From NCBI GenBank assembly GCA_964424195.1, contig CAYRHT010000003.1:14919-78918 (forward strand): 64,000 nucleotides of DNA, given 5' to 3'. The DNA is from an uncultured Gammaproteobacteria bacterium (GTDB taxonomy: Bacteria > Patescibacteriota > Patescibacteriia > UBA1558 > S5-K13). Shown piece by piece: positions 38,724-47,960 of the stretch. The notes beneath the pieces are model-generated. The model was not told the origin of the DNA, ran no database searches, and saw nothing but the letters and a program-made list of their open reading frames with translations. Numbering within the stretch: the stretch's first letter is position 1; every line of letters starts with the position of its first letter. Both the position numbers and the translations under genes were made by a program.

Positions 38724-38845
38724 CGAAGTCCAACCTTAAGTATCTGAAAGGTTGGACTTCGAATGCTTCAAAAAATTAAGTAAAAAAAAGAACCTACAAT
38801 ATTGCATTGTAGGTTCTGTTTCCCTTTTGGTAAGGGAATTCTTTT
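38724..38845. other. Three consecutive stable hairpins in the murC 3' region (candidate small RNA or compound terminator)
   Basis: A 14-bp stem cgaagtccaacctt/aaggttggacttcg with no U-tract. A 10-bp stem aacctacaat/attgtaggtt. A 7-bp stem ttccctt/aagggaa followed by ttctttt. Confidence 0.4.
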
Positions 38846-38951
38846 CATAAACCATCTCATTCTTGCCTCCTTATGAAATGTTTTACATTGTTATAGTTTC
38901 TCGAGAATCTAATGTGTTACTATTCTCCTTTATTTTTAACAGCTATTTTAT

Positions 38952-39182
38952 TTAGCCGTTAATATAGTAAAGTATTACGGGTTTTACCAGAAGACCACCT
39001 ATAACTATTAAAAATATTGCTAAGATTAACTGAACGATAAAGTTCCATTTATCGCTTTTTTTACTAGCATATTTACCGTAGGATTTGAGTCCTACTCCAA
39101 CTCCAATTGCTAGTAATAACATTCCCAAGAAGAATATTATTATAGTTACAACCATGCCTCCAATAGATTCTACATTAACCAT
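38952..39182 (-). CDS. Small membrane protein (76 aa, 2 TM)
   Basis: GGGGGA SD 4-5 nt upstream of the ATG. Two hydrophobic helices. Confidence 0.4.
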   Translation of the reverse strand: MVNVESIGGMVVTIIIFFLGMLLLAIGVGVGLKSYGKYASKKSDKWNFIVQLILAIFLIVIGGLLVKPVILYYING

Positions 39183-39191
39183 CTTTTCCCC

Positions 39192-39374
39192 CTATGTTTT
39201 TTTAATTTCTTTTAAGTATGAATGTATGATTTTTGTAAGTGAGATTTGGATGACTATTTTTAATGCTAGAAACATAAAAAAAATTCCAAATCCCATTAAC
39301 ATACTTTTTGTAGCTATTGCCACAAAAATACATCCTGTTGCCATTATTACATAAGAAAGATTTTCTAAATACAT
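39192..39374 (-). CDS. Small membrane protein (60 aa, 2 TM)
   Basis: AGGAGA SD 6 nt upstream. Tandem with the previous small gene. Confidence 0.35.
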   Translation of the reverse strand: MYLENLSYVIMATGCIFVAIATKSMLMGFGIFFMFLALKIVIQISLTKIIHSYLKEIKKT

Positions 39375-39598
39375 TTTTTCTCCTAGTAGACTTTATTTGA
39401 CTTTTTTTAAATTTTTAAAGAACTTCATTAATATTGAGAGTAGTAGAGGAGATCTAAATCCGCCGTTATATAATATATTGCGGTAATCTCCTTCACTACT
39501 CTTAACATTAATATCTAACTATAGCATATTATTAGAATAATGTCAAGTATTTATTTAACTTTAATTTATTGCTATACTGAAATAACTAAAATAAAATT

Positions 39599-40543
39599 AT
39601 GGATAAATTATTAAATAAGTTTTCAAACATTAAAGCAGACTATAGTCTAGCTCCTTTAACAACTTTTAAAATTGGTGGGCCAGCTAAATATTATTTAGAA
39701 ACTAAAGATATAGAAGAATTACAAGAAGTAATTAAATTTTGTAAAGAAAGTGATATTGATTTTAAAGTAATTGGTGGAGGTTCTAATTTTCTGGTTAATG
39801 ATTTAGGCTATAATGGTTTAATTATTAAATATATTAATCGAAATATAGATTTAATTGATGGAGTATTTAAAGTAGGAGCTGGAGTATTCCTATTAAACTT
39901 TGTGAATCAATCTTTAGAAAAGGGTTATGCTGGACAAGAAAGTTTAGCTGGTATTCCTGGAACAATTGGTGGAGCTATTTATGGTAATGCTGGAGCCTAT
40001 GGTATGTCTATTGGTGATGTTATAAAGTCTGTGAAGATTATAGATGAAGATGGGGATATTAAAATATTATCTGCAGAAGATTGTAACTTTAATTATCGGA
40101 AAAGTATTTTTAGTTCATATAACTGTATTATCCTAGATGCAGAAATAGTTTTGAAGCAGAAAGATAATCAAGAAGAAAAAGAGATTGCGAAAAAGAATAT
40201 TATGATTCGAGTAGAAAAGCATCCTTTAAATTTTCCTAACTCTGGTTCTTGGTTTAAAAATATAGTTTTAAATGATGAAGTTAAAGAGAAGTTAAATGAA
40301 TTTGACCTTTCTAAGTTTGAAAAGTACATGAAAATACCAGCTGCTTTTTTAATTGAAAAAGCTGGTTGCAAAGGTCATCAAATTGGTGGAGCTCAGATGT
40401 CAGAGAAACATGCTAATTTTTTAGTGAATAAAGATAATGCTCAATCAGAAGATATAGTTAATTTATCTAATCATGTTAAGAAAGTAATTAAAGAGAAATA
40501 TGATATTGAATTAGAAGAAGAAGTTCAGTATCTAGGATTTTAA
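39599..40543 (+). CDS. murB: UDP-N-acetylenolpyruvoylglucosamine reductase MurB
   Basis: LAPLTTFKIGGPAKYYLE and the FAD-binding GGGSN motif. Confidence 0.85.
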   Translation: MDKLLNKFSNIKADYSLAPLTTFKIGGPAKYYLETKDIEELQEVIKFCKESDIDFKVIGGGSNFLVNDLGYNGLIIKYINRNIDLIDGVFKVGAGVFLLNFVNQSLEKGYAGQESLAGIPGTIGGAIYGNAGAYGMSIGDVIKSVKIIDEDGDIKILSAEDCNFNYRKSIFSSYNCIILDAEIVLKQKDNQEEKEIAKKNIMIRVEKHPLNFPNSGSWFKNIVLNDEVKEKLNEFDLSKFEKYMKIPAAFLIEKAGCKGHQIGGAQMSEKHANFLVNKDNAQSEDIVNLSNHVKKVIKEKYDIELEEEVQYLGF

Positions 40544-40566
40544 TTTGTTTTAAATATTTTGGAAAA

Positions 40567-40600
40567 TAAAAAAGCCGTTCTCATCGAGACCGGATTTTTT
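40567..40600. terminator. Bidirectional terminator (murB / prs convergent)
   Basis: A-run, imperfect stem ccgttctc/gagaccgg, then T6. Confidence 0.45.
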
Positions 40601-40606
40601 AATTTT

Positions 40607-41782
40607 TTATGAAATTTTATAAAGAGAGTTCATTGTTTCTGACATTTCTTTAGTGTTTTTGAATATATAACTTTCTTCTATGTTTTCTCCAGTATTATGT
40701 CTTTTGATTACATCAGCAATGAACATAGGAATTTCGATAACTGTTGAGTTCTTTTTGAATTGAGTCTCTCTTTTATTAATTATAAATGGTCTAGTAGCTA
40801 TTAATACTATTTCTGTGATATGTTTATTCTCAGATATTTTCTTTTGAACATCTTGGTAAGATTTTCCACCCATAACACTGTGTGTGAAATTAGCAAATAG
40901 TCCTTCTAATTTTCCAAGATCATGATTAGTATCATTAAATAACCAATTTGTAGTTTTTAAGAATGTTCCTCCAGTATCTATAATATCATCAAATATTATT
41001 CCAATTTTTCCATCTAATGTTTCAGTACCAATTAATTCTGGATTATCAATTATTACTTTATCTGGATGATTTGGTTCTTTTCTAAGTTTATTTAAGAGAA
41101 GTATTGATGAATTTGGGAGGAACATTTGTTCTCTAACTTTTTCTACAAAAGCTTTAGCTCCAGCATCAGGGGAAATAAATACTATATTTTCACCTTTATT
41201 TTTAATTATTAGTGATGATTTAGTTAATAAATAATGAGCATACAAACTTGTCGGCTGGATGTTAAATATACGTTTTTTGTTATTTTCACTTAAATCATTA
41301 TGATATTTTGTGACTCTTTTATTATGTAAGTGAATTGTTATAACCTCATCTACACCAGCTGTTTTTAATAATTCAGCATATAGTTTAGCTGTATTAGCCT
41401 CACCTAGCATTTTAGGATCTTCATCTACGCTTCTGTCTTGTCGTGAATAACTTAAATCTAATGCAACTAGAATAACTTTTTCAGCTCCATTTTCCTTAGC
41501 CGCTCTAATAGTAATACAGTTTCTCATAGCTCTATCCTGAGGATTTTGAAATGGTCCTTCTGTTGATATTAAATATACTGTTTTTTCTTTAAGATTTTTA
41601 GCTTGACCTTCAAATATGAATTTTGGATTAAATTCTCCACCACTCATGATTTTAGGCATCATAATATTTAGTACATCTTGATCTTGTTCAAAAGACTTTG
41701 CTATTTCTTGAGCAAATTTTTTGTGAGTTTTGGAATTGGTAATGATTACAATATTTTTCATAATTTCAGCTTTATTAATCAT
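40607..41782 (-). CDS. prs: Ribose-phosphate pyrophosphokinase (PRPP synthetase), extended form
   Basis: FISPDAGAKAF and the PRPP-binding loop DDIIDTGGT. 391 aa, longer than canonical Prs. Confidence 0.7.
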   Translation of the reverse strand: MINKAEIMKNIVIITNSKTHKKFAQEIAKSFEQDQDVLNIMMPKIMSGGEFNPKFIFEGQAKNLKEKTVYLISTEGPFQNPQDRAMRNCITIRAAKENGAEKVILVALDLSYSRQDRSVDEDPKMLGEANTAKLYAELLKTAGVDEVITIHLHNKRVTKYHNDLSENNKKRIFNIQPTSLYAHYLLTKSSLIIKNKGENIVFISPDAGAKAFVEKVREQMFLPNSSILLLNKLRKEPNHPDKVIIDNPELIGTETLDGKIGIIFDDIIDTGGTFLKTTNWLFNDTNHDLGKLEGLFANFTHSVMGGKSYQDVQKKISENKHITEIVLIATRPFIINKRETQFKKNSTVIEIPMFIADVIKRHNTGENIEESYIFKNTKEMSETMNSLYKIS

Positions 41783-41840
41783 AAATCTATTTTACATTAT
41801 TTCTTACTTTTTCTCCAATTATTTAATTATGTAAAATAAA

Positions 41841-41872
41841 AAGCCGTTCTTTCATGGAACGGCTTGATGTTT
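41841..41872 (-). terminator. Intrinsic terminator (reads on - strand)
   Basis: 9-bp stem aagccgttc/gaacggctt. On the - strand it is followed by TTTTTATTTT. Confidence 0.55.
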
Positions 41873-42347
41873 ATTGAATCTTAGATTTTTTTTCAATGTT
41901 TGGAAAGAATTCTTCGAAAAGAACATAACTTTTCTTGTTAATAGATATTAAAACTAAAACAAATTTTTGTTTTTCATCTTTCGTTAATTCAGAAATATCT
42001 AGATGAGAAAGGTAGAGAGAATCATTTTTTTCAATTTCTAATTTTTGTTCAATATCCATATTTTCAATAAAAGCGTCTTTTTCATTAACTTTTATCATTT
42101 TCATTTTAAAAGGTTTTTGGCAAACATATGGTCCTATCTTTGGAGCATTCTTAGTTTCAACTGACTGAAAGTTTAGATAGGCTATTTTTTGTATGATATA
42201 TTGTCTTATTTTTTCTTGACAGGCTTCGCAGGTGATATTTTTGACAATCAATATCTCTGAATCTTGAATCTCTTTTTTTGATAATATTCGAAAACCAATT
42301 AAAGAATGACACCTTAGACACGTAGTAACTTCTATCTGTTTTTTCAT
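41871..42347 (-). CDS. Hypothetical protein with two CxxC zinc-ribbon pairs
   Basis: 158 aa with CLRCHS...CEAC. Confidence 0.45.
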   Translation of the reverse strand: MKKQIEVTTCLRCHSLIGFRILSKKEIQDSEILIVKNITCEACQEKIRQYIIQKIAYLNFQSVETKNAPKIGPYVCQKPFKMKMIKVNEKDAFIENMDIEQKLEIEKNDSLYLSHLDISELTKDEKQKFVLVLISINKKSYVLFEEFFPNIEKKSKIQ

Positions 42348-42516
42348 AATTTTAACCCTCCCAAGTTTTATTTATTATGAATATTTTTCACTTTCCTCCA
42401 ACTATTTAATTGTAAAGTTTCTTCTTCTTGTCTCTAATGTAGCTTATTAGAAATATTTGTCAAATGGATATTTTATGTTAGTATTAATTTAGTTAATCAT
42501 TAATTAAAAAAAAGAA

Positions 42517-42822
42517 ATGAATATTCAATTCTATGCTAAGAATTTAGAATTAACAGCGCAAATTAAAGATTATATTAATGAAAAAATCGGGGGATTAGAC
42601 AAGTATGAAGCGGATATTACTGAATGTCGAGTAGATTTATCAAAAGATACTCATCATCACAAAGGAAAAGTATATCGACTTGAAGTAAATTTAAAATCAA
42701 GCTATGATAGGAACTTAATTAGAACTACAGTAGAAGCTGAAAATATTATGTCTGCTATTGATTTAGCTAAAGATAAATTACAAAGACAAATTGTAAAAAT
42801 TAAAGAAAGAAAAAATAGATAA
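42517..42822 (+). CDS. hpf: Ribosome hibernation promoting factor (short HPF/YfiA type)
   Basis: 101 aa of the S30AE family (ELT.QIKDYI..K...L.KY). Located directly upstream of secA. Confidence 0.8.
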   Translation: MNIQFYAKNLELTAQIKDYINEKIGGLDKYEADITECRVDLSKDTHHHKGKVYRLEVNLKSSYDRNLIRTTVEAENIMSAIDLAKDKLQRQIVKIKERKNR

Positions 42823-45609
42823 ATGGGTTTATTCACAAAATTTATTAAAGATCCAAATGAAAAGTATTTGGCTACTTTGCAACCAATTGTTGATCAAATT
42901 AATTCCTTAGAATCAAATTACAAGAAATTAACTCAAGATGAATTAATTGCTCAAACTAAAAAGTTTCAAGAGGATTTAAGAACTAAAAAAACAACTCTGG
43001 ATGATATTCTTCCAGAGGCTTTTGCTATGGTCAGAGAAGTTGCTCAAAGAACTTTAAAACAAAGACATTATGATGTTCAGCTATTATCTGGAATTATTTT
43101 ACATCAAGGAAGAATTGCTGAAATGAGAACTGGTGAAGGTAAAACTCTTTCATCTACTTTGCCAATCTATCTCAATGCTTTAACTGGTAAAGGTGTTCAT
43201 TTAATTACCGTAAATGATTATTTGTCTAAAAGAGATGCAGTTTGGATGGGACAAATATATACTTATTTAGGTTTAACAGTTGCAGCTATAGAGCATGAAG
43301 CTTCATATCTCTATGATGATTCAAATATTGAGAAAACTGAGGGAGTTGTTGATAATGTTGGTGTGGAAGATGATTATTTACGAACTGTTACTCGCCAAGA
43401 AGCATATAATGCTGATATTACCTATGGTACTAACAATGAATATGGTTTTGATTATCTGCGAGATAATATGCAACAATCCTTAGAAGCTATTAGTCAAAGG
43501 GGACATCATTTTTGTATTATTGATGAAGTTGATTCAGTCTTAATTGATGAAGCTCGAACCCCTTTAATTATTTCTTCTCCAGACGCAGAGTCTACTGATA
43601 AATATCAAACTTTTGCTCAAACAGTAAAAGGACTTAAAGAAAACAAAGATTACAATATTGATGAAAAGATGAGATCAGTGACTTTTACCGAAGATGGTCA
43701 AAACCTTATCTCTCAAAAGCTAGGAGAAGATCCTTGGGAGAAAGCAGATTTTAATACTATTTTTCATTTAGAAGCAGCTTTAAAAGCAGACCTATTATTT
43801 AAAAAAGACAAAGACTATATCGTTAAAGAAGGTGAAGTAACTATTGTTGATGAATTTACTGGTCGTTTAATGCCGGGCCGAAGATATTCCGAAGGTTTAC
43901 ATCAAGCTATTGAAGCTAAAGAAGGAGTTAGTGTTCAAAGAGAGAGTTTAACTCTGGCAACGGTCACTTTTCAAAACTATTTTAGAATGTATGAGAAATT
44001 AGCAGGAATGACTGGAACTGCTGCTACTGAATCAGAAGAGTTTGCTAAGATCTATGGTTTAGAAGTTAATATTGTCCCTACTAATCGACCAATAGCTCGA
44101 GAAGATTTAAATGACAAGATTTACAAGTCTGAAAAAGGTAAATTTGATGCTATTGTTCAAGATGTTAAAGAAAAGCATGCCAAAGGACAACCAGTTTTAA
44201 TTGGCACTATCTCTATAGACAAGAATGAACTTTTAGGAGAACTTTTAAAACGAGAAGGTATTCCGTTTAATCTATTAAATGCTAAACAACATGAGCAAGA
44301 AGCTGAAATTATTTCTCAGGCTGGTAAAGTTGGAGCAGTAACTGTAGCTACTAATATGGCTGGTCGAGGAGTTGATATTATTTTAGGTGGACATCCTTTT
44401 AGTAAAGAAGAGAATCAAAAAGTTAAAGATTTAGGTGGTTTACATGTTCTAGGAACATCACGGCATGAATCTCGAAGAATTGATAATCAGTTAAGAGGAC
44501 GTTCTGGTCGACAAGGTGATCCAGGTTCTTCCCAATTCTATATCTCCATGGAAGATGATCTAATGCGAGTATTTGGATCTGATAGGATAAAATCTATCAT
44601 GAATACTTTAGGTCTTCCCGAAGATATGCCAATTGAGAATAAGTTAATTACTAAGTCAGTAGAAAAATCTCAAGTTCGAGTGGAAGGATATAATTTTGAT
44701 ATGCGAAAGCATTTAGTTGAATATGATGATATTGTAAACAAACAAAGAGAAGTAATCTATCAGAAGCGTAAAGATATTTTGAAATTAGCATCTGGAGAAA
44801 AGATAGAGGAATATGATAATTTAACAGATTATGTCTTAGAATTAATAAATAATGAGATATCAGAAGTAATTTCATTTCATACAGCTTCAGAGAGTGGGAC
44901 AGTTTGGAATATAAAAGAGATTATTGAAACTATTCGAACCATGTTTCCTTTGTCAGATGAAGAGATTAAGAAAGCAGAGGAGTTTAAAGAAGCTAAAAAA
45001 GGAGTTAAATTATCTGAAGCAGAGACTAGAACTAAGATTATTGAATACTTCTTTAATATAGCTCAGGGAAAATACAAAGAATTAGAAGAGAGATTAAAGT
45101 CAATTCAAGAGTTAAATACTGGTGAGAATATTATTAATCAAGTTGAAAAGACTGTCTTGTTAAAAACAATTGATAACCTTTGGATTGAGCATTTAGATAA
45201 TATTAGTCATCTCAGAGCTGGTATTGGTCTAAGAGCCTATGCTCAAGCTGATCCTTTAGTAGTTTACAAGAAAGAATCATATGATTTGTTTGTAGAACTA
45301 TTGAATAGTATTCAGAATCAAGTTGTGTATAGTATTTACAAAGTTGGTCCAGTTGCAGGAGCTGTTACTAGTCCTCAAAGAAATGTAGTTACTAATGATC
45401 CTACTCAAGTCCTTGCTAAGCAATTTGGAAATACTTCTGGAGATTTTGTTTCTAAGAGTATGGCTGAAGCTGCTAATACTGATAGTCATCAGAAAACTAC
45501 CTTAAAGAATGAAGAAACTCAGAAATTTGGGCATAAAGTTGGTAGAAATGATCTTTGTCCTTGTGGTAGCGGTAAGAAATATAAAAAGTGTTGTGAGAAT
45601 AAAGAATAA
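42823..45609 (+). CDS. secA: Preprotein translocase ATPase SecA
   Basis: DEAD-like motor motifs (MRTGEGKT, DEVDSVLIDEARTPLIIS). C-terminal zinc finger CPCGSGKKYKKCC; 928 aa. Confidence 0.9.
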   Translation: MGLFTKFIKDPNEKYLATLQPIVDQINSLESNYKKLTQDELIAQTKKFQEDLRTKKTTLDDILPEAFAMVREVAQRTLKQRHYDVQLLSGIILHQGRIAEMRTGEGKTLSSTLPIYLNALTGKGVHLITVNDYLSKRDAVWMGQIYTYLGLTVAAIEHEASYLYDDSNIEKTEGVVDNVGVEDDYLRTVTRQEAYNADITYGTNNEYGFDYLRDNMQQSLEAISQRGHHFCIIDEVDSVLIDEARTPLIISSPDAESTDKYQTFAQTVKGLKENKDYNIDEKMRSVTFTEDGQNLISQKLGEDPWEKADFNTIFHLEAALKADLLFKKDKDYIVKEGEVTIVDEFTGRLMPGRRYSEGLHQAIEAKEGVSVQRESLTLATVTFQNYFRMYEKLAGMTGTAATESEEFAKIYGLEVNIVPTNRPIAREDLNDKIYKSEKGKFDAIVQDVKEKHAKGQPVLIGTISIDKNELLGELLKREGIPFNLLNAKQHEQEAEIISQAGKVGAVTVATNMAGRGVDIILGGHPFSKEENQKVKDLGGLHVLGTSRHESRRIDNQLRGRSGRQGDPGSSQFYISMEDDLMRVFGSDRIKSIMNTLGLPEDMPIENKLITKSVEKSQVRVEGYNFDMRKHLVEYDDIVNKQREVIYQKRKDILKLASGEKIEEYDNLTDYVLELINNEISEVISFHTASESGTVWNIKEIIETIRTMFPLSDEEIKKAEEFKEAKKGVKLSEAETRTKIIEYFFNIAQGKYKELEERLKSIQELNTGENIINQVEKTVLLKTIDNLWIEHLDNISHLRAGIGLRAYAQADPLVVYKKESYDLFVELLNSIQNQVVYSIYKVGPVAGAVTSPQRNVVTNDPTQVLAKQFGNTSGDFVSKSMAEAANTDSHQKTTLKNEETQKFGHKVGRNDLCPCGSGKKYKKCCENKE

Positions 45610-45641
45610 ATAAGATATTAAAATTATATAGAGGGGGAGCT

Positions 45642-45956
45642 ATGAAGCAGAGAATACTTATATTAATAATACTTTCATTTGCATCTATTTTTATTTGTAG
45701 TGGAAGTAATGACGGTACTGTGGTTTTGTTTAAAAACAAAGCAAAGAAGCTTAATAATTTAAGATGGGAGTATCGCGGACTTAATGCTAATGTTTATATT
45801 GTAATAGTTACACATAGGAATCCTAAATTAAAAGCTAAGGGAGAAATTATTCCTTTTAATGATGATTCAAAAATCATTACTTTTGAAGGGGTAAAATACG
45901 AAATAGAGGATTTTGATGAGAATTGTTTAAAACTCAGAGAAGAAGTAATAAATTAA
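45642..45956 (+). CDS. Small putative lipoprotein
   Basis: Signal peptide ending IFICSG. GGGGGAG RBS; 104 aa. Confidence 0.45.
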   Translation: MKQRILILIILSFASIFICSGSNDGTVVLFKNKAKKLNNLRWEYRGLNANVYIVIVTHRNPKLKAKGEIIPFNDDSKIITFEGVKYEIEDFDENCLKLREEVIN

Positions 45957-45964
45957 TAATACAT

Positions 45965-45993
45965 AAGGGCTACATAGTAGTCCTTTTTTCATT
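45965..45993 (+). terminator. Intrinsic terminator
   Basis: Stem aagggctac/gtagtcctt followed by TTTTT. Confidence 0.5.
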
Positions 45994-46125
45994 GACATTT
46001 TTCTTAATGTATGGTATATTTAAATATCATTACAAATAAAGAATAACATGTAGTGATTCACGTTTATTTAGGGTCTTCCATCCTAGATAAACTTATAGAC
46101 CTGCAACGGGTCAAAAGGAGGAATA

Positions 46126-46584
46126 ATGGAAAATATGGATTTTGGTACAAGTAAAAGGGCAGCTATTAAATTTTTAAGGGATCTTCTTAATGAGAATTTA
46201 GATTCTCTTCGTGAAACAGTGGAAGAAGATGAAAGAGAAGATTTTTTAAAGACTCCAGAATGGAAAGATTTTACTTGGTTTTATAAGATGAAGTGTGGAA
46301 AAATAATCGAAGGAGAAACTAAACTATTTCAAGCTTCTTGGTATCAAAAACTTAGTCGTAAAATTTCTTTTTACGGTTACAACTATGGTAAGAGTAAAGG
46401 TCTATTAGCAGAAGTTTGGCTGATAGGTTCCAAATCTATGAGTTGTACTAAGGGTCATCCGACTTTTTGGAAAGTAGCAAAAGTTGGATATCGTCTTTAT
46501 TATAATGGTACTCAAACGGTTACTGGACCTAATTGGCAAGAATGTACTTTTACTGAAGAACAGTCTAGAATAACTATGATTTAA
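46126..46584 (+). CDS. Hypothetical protein (152 aa)
   Basis: AAAGGAGG RBS. Upstream promoter TTGACA-17-TGgTATATT with a ~100-nt leader. Confidence 0.45.
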   Translation: MENMDFGTSKRAAIKFLRDLLNENLDSLRETVEEDEREDFLKTPEWKDFTWFYKMKCGKIIEGETKLFQASWYQKLSRKISFYGYNYGKSKGLLAEVWLIGSKSMSCTKGHPTFWKVAKVGYRLYYNGTQTVTGPNWQECTFTEEQSRITMI

Positions 46585-46607
46585 TTATTGTAGTTACAAA
46601 TATTAAC

Positions 46608-46638
46608 CCCGATGGAATTTATTTCATCGGGTATTTTT
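46608..46638 (+). terminator. Intrinsic terminator
   Basis: Stem cccgatg/catcggg followed by a T-rich tract. Confidence 0.5.
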
Positions 46639-46639
46639 A

Positions 46640-46801
46640 TTGACAAAATAATTAATTCTGTTATTATTATATATAAGTTTTCCACAGACTGTAGGTGCTT
46701 CGTTAAAGGAGCTTAATTACCTACTTAGGAAGAAAAGAAAGAATTTATTCTTTTTAGATTTTCTGTGGGAACACAGATTTTTTTAATAATTATATAATTA
46801 T
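46640..46801 (+). promoter_or_regulatory. rplJ promoter and L10 leader with antiterminator/terminator alternative hairpins
   Basis: TTGACA (46640-45), 16-nt spacer, TATTAT. In the leader, segment B tctgtgg (46762-68) can pair with A ccacaga (46683-89), or with C cacaga (46773-78), which is followed by T7. Confidence 0.45.
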
Positions 46802-47320
46802 ATGGCTAAAAGCAAACAACAAAAGACAGAAGCCTTAGAAGCAGCAAAAAGCAAGTTTGATAGTTCAAAGCTTGTAGTTTTAGCTTCCTATAACGACTTA
46901 CCTGTTTCAGATATTCAAGAATTAAGAAAACAACTTAAAGAAAAAGATGTTTTTTACAAAGTTGTAAAAAAGACAATTTTAAAACTAGTAGCTAAAGATA
47001 ATATTGATGAAGCTTTGGTAGATGGAATTAGAGGTAATCTAGCTTTAGCCTATGGTCCTGATGAAGTAGAAGCAGCTAAAATTCTAGCTAAATTTGCTAA
47101 AGGTCATGAAGGTCTAGAATTACAAGCTGGTTGGTTAGAAAATGACTTCATTGATAAAGCTAAAGTAGAAGAGCTATCTAAATTACTAGGTAAAGAAGAA
47201 TTACTAGCTAAATTAGTAGGTTCTTTAAAGAGTCCTATTTCTGGATTTGTAAATGTTTTGGGTGGAAATACTCGAGGCTTGGTAACTGTATTAAAAGCTA
47301 TTGCTGATCAAAAGCAATAA
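46802..47320 (+). CDS. rplJ: 50S ribosomal protein L10
   Basis: 172 aa in the L10 family. Upstream of rplL. Confidence 0.85.
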   Translation: MAKSKQQKTEALEAAKSKFDSSKLVVLASYNDLPVSDIQELRKQLKEKDVFYKVVKKTILKLVAKDNIDEALVDGIRGNLALAYGPDEVEAAKILAKFAKGHEGLELQAGWLENDFIDKAKVEELSKLLGKEELLAKLVGSLKSPISGFVNVLGGNTRGLVTVLKAIADQKQ

Positions 47321-47355
47321 TTTAAATATTTAATAAATAAATTAATCATAAATTT

Positions 47356-47823
47356 ATGACAGAAGAAAAAAAACCTACTGAGGAGAAGAAAGAAGAAGCT
47401 CTTAAAGTAGAAGAAAAAAAGGTTGAAGAAACAAAGGACGTTGAAGTTCCTGCAAAATTCAAATCTCTTGTTGAAGAAATTGAAAAAATGTCTGTATTAG
47501 ATCTTTCTGAATTAGTAAAGATTTTAGAAGACAAATTTGGTGTATCAGCTGCTGCTCCTATGATGATGGGTGCTATGCCTGCTGGTGAAGCTGGTGAAGC
47601 TGCAGAAGAGAAATCTTCATTTGATGTAGAAATCACAGCTACTGGTGATCAAAAAATTGCTGTTATTAAAGCAATTAGAAGCTTTACTGCATTAGGACTT
47701 AAAGAAGCTAAAGATTTAGCTGACGGAGCTCCTAGTATTGCTTTAGCTGGTGCTGACAAAGAAAAAGCTGAAGAAGCTAAAAAAGCATTAGAAGAAGCTG
47801 GTGCAACTGTTACTTTAAAATAA
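47356..47823 (+). CDS. rplL: 50S ribosomal protein L7/L12 with ~30-aa K/E-rich N-terminal extension
   Basis: C-terminal domain ...IAVIKAIRSFTALGLKEAKDLADGAP...LEEAGATVTLK. 155 aa, against about 120 typical. Confidence 0.85.
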   Translation: MTEEKKPTEEKKEEALKVEEKKVEETKDVEVPAKFKSLVEEIEKMSVLDLSELVKILEDKFGVSAAAPMMMGAMPAGEAGEAAEEKSSFDVEITATGDQKIAVIKAIRSFTALGLKEAKDLADGAPSIALAGADKEKAEEAKKALEEAGATVTLK

Positions 47824-47843
47824 TAGTTTCTTAGATATAGAAA

Positions 47844-47870
47844 AGCCCTGTTGCAAAGCAGGGTTTTTTG
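47844..47870 (+). terminator. Intrinsic terminator after rplL
   Basis: Stem gccctg/cagggt followed by TTTTTT. Confidence 0.6.
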
Positions 47871-47885
47871 TTTATCTAATATTGC

Positions 47886-47914
47886 TTGACAATATTGTAT
47901 AAATATAATATATT
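47886..47914 (+). promoter_or_regulatory. Sigma70-type promoter
   Basis: TTGACA, 17-nt spacer, TATATT. AGGAGG RBS downstream. Confidence 0.4.
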
Positions 47915-47960
47915 TATACATTAAACTAAATAGTTTAAATATAAAAAATAGGAGGTCGTT

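Noticed and set aside
46010-46125. Riboswitch in the ~100-nt leader of the 46126 gene
   Set aside because: The leader is long and follows a good promoter. I could not recognise any known riboswitch core (no TPP, SAM, FMN, purine, glycine or c-di-GMP signature). Left as an unexplained leader only.
47346-47921. - strand ORFs antisense to rplL
   Set aside because: rplL on the + strand is unambiguous. The antisense frames are serine/alanine-rich artefacts of the GCT/GAA-rich coding strand.
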